From positions 50,614 to 70,613 of the forward strand of contig MU271394.1 of the NCBI GenBank assembly GCA_021432655.1: DNA of 20,000 nucleotides, read 5' to 3'. The position numbers and the translations under genes are program-made. Every line of letters starts with the position of its first letter. Position 1 is the stretch's first letter. The notes beneath the pieces were generated by a model that was given only the letters and a program-made list of their open reading frames with translations, did not search any database and was not told the DNA's origin. This DNA comes from Atractiella rhizophila (taxonomy: Eukaryota). Shown here in pieces: positions 19,088-20,000 of the stretch.

Positions 19088-19190
19088 AAAAGACGCGTCT
19101 TTTGGGAGGAGAAAAAGTTGTTTTCGTGGTTTCTTTGTCACCATCCAACCCTTTGTCTCATGACTCATATGCGTCTCCCTCACACGTGAC
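19088..19190. promoter_or_regulatory. Cluster of consensus TF sites: MCB palindrome, Gcn4/AP-1 site and Cbf1-type E-box
   Basis: AAAAGACGCGTCTTTT at 19088-19103 (perfect palindrome with ACGCGT core), ATGACTCAT at 19160-19168 and CACGTGAC at 19183-19190, all within about 150 nt upstream of ATG 19037. Confidence 0.5.
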
Positions 19191-19823
19191 ACGTAGACAA
19201 CCATGAGTGCGAGTTATTCTTCTTTCTCTGTGAGTTTCTTCTTCCTTTCAGCTTTATTTTCTATAAATATATCTTATTCTTTTCCTATTTATTTCATTTT
19301 TGCGAAGGAATATCACTGACAACGACGGAGACAGTCAGTCCTCCCCAAAGCACCTTCGTTCTCTCCTCCGGTAGCGGAATCCACCCTCCCAGTCCTCTCC
19401 GCCATCCTCCTCGCTCTTGCTTTTGGTTTTGGCTTCTATTCTACTACGTCTGTCCCATCCCTCTACGTCATCATACATGCTTGCTAACTTTATGTTGATG
19501 AATGGACAGCCTCTCAAAAGCGCGGACGTCTGTCCCGGTGAGCGAGATGGGATACGCCGCTGTTGCAAGCTTGACAGCTGGGTTTGGGGTCGTTTTGCTG
19601 TTTGCGAGCGTGGGTGTGAATGTGTGATGAGCATTTTGATTGTGTGAGACATTCCTTCCGAGTTATGAAGGATATTGGGGCCCGTTTTCGAAACTGTTGG
19701 CTAGCTTGCTCTCAGGAGCATCAATAGATGTCATTGCAGTCACACTTCTGCCTTGGCGAAGTCTGGTGTCCAAGGCACCATTGCTGCTTGAATGGGTCTT
19801 GAACGCTGTGTTCGTGCGTAGGC

Positions 19824-19875
19824 GCTATGGCATAAATATGCCGTAGCCAAGGGGGGCAAATAAGGGGGCAAATAA
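19824..19875. repeat. Hairpin followed by a 12-bp tandem repeat
   Basis: GCTATGGCATA-AA-TATGCCGTAGC at 19824-19847 (one mismatch), then GGGGGCAAATAA twice at 19852-19875. Confidence 0.75.
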
Positions 19876-20000
19876 AGAGCAGGTCGCATTCGAGGGAATC
19901 CTGCGCTGTCTGACCATTGCCCATCGCATTAGCTTCACAAAGCTCGTGCTGGCTCAACATATTTAAGTCTTAACTCCCTTTGCCTGAGGACGTAGCAAAA

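Noticed and set aside
19296..19652. Possible small minus-strand gene (ORF 19335..19652, or a spliced frame ending ...WIPLPEERTKVLWGGLTVSVVVSDIPSQK*)
   Set aside because: Competing frames, no reliable start and no recognisable family.
1..20000. CRISPR arrays, rRNA/tRNA genes or prokaryotic operon-type systems
   Set aside because: No regularly spaced repeat-spacer array or RNA-gene signature seen; the DNA is eukaryotic and spliceosomal-intron rich.

Overview
Intron-rich fungal genomic DNA, most likely a basidiomycete (inferred from short GT-AG introns, many GTTCG/GTGCG donors and the TBP sequence). From left to right the window holds: an intronless atypical protein kinase (-); a small unknown gene (-) apparently interrupted by a 928-bp LTR-less, stop-free internal Ty3/Gypsy pol fragment fused in frame to the host exon; an intronless F-box/LRR-like gene (+); an intact 31-exon YOR1-like ABCC transporter (-) with several micro-exons; an uncharacterised multi-pass membrane protein (+) with a structured promoter; a 5-exon TATA-binding protein gene (+) with substitutions at normally conserved positions; a decayed inverted paralog of the kinase (+) cut off by an Ac/hAT-like terminus; and a disordered Ser/Pro-rich gene (-) with a D-box-like motif and an MCB palindrome upstream. 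I saw no rRNA, tRNA or CRISPR array. I found no clearly new multi-gene system. The best leads are the Gypsy-host chimera, the candidate cell-cycle gene and the variant TBP. All gene models were spliced by hand and need RNA-seq confirmation.
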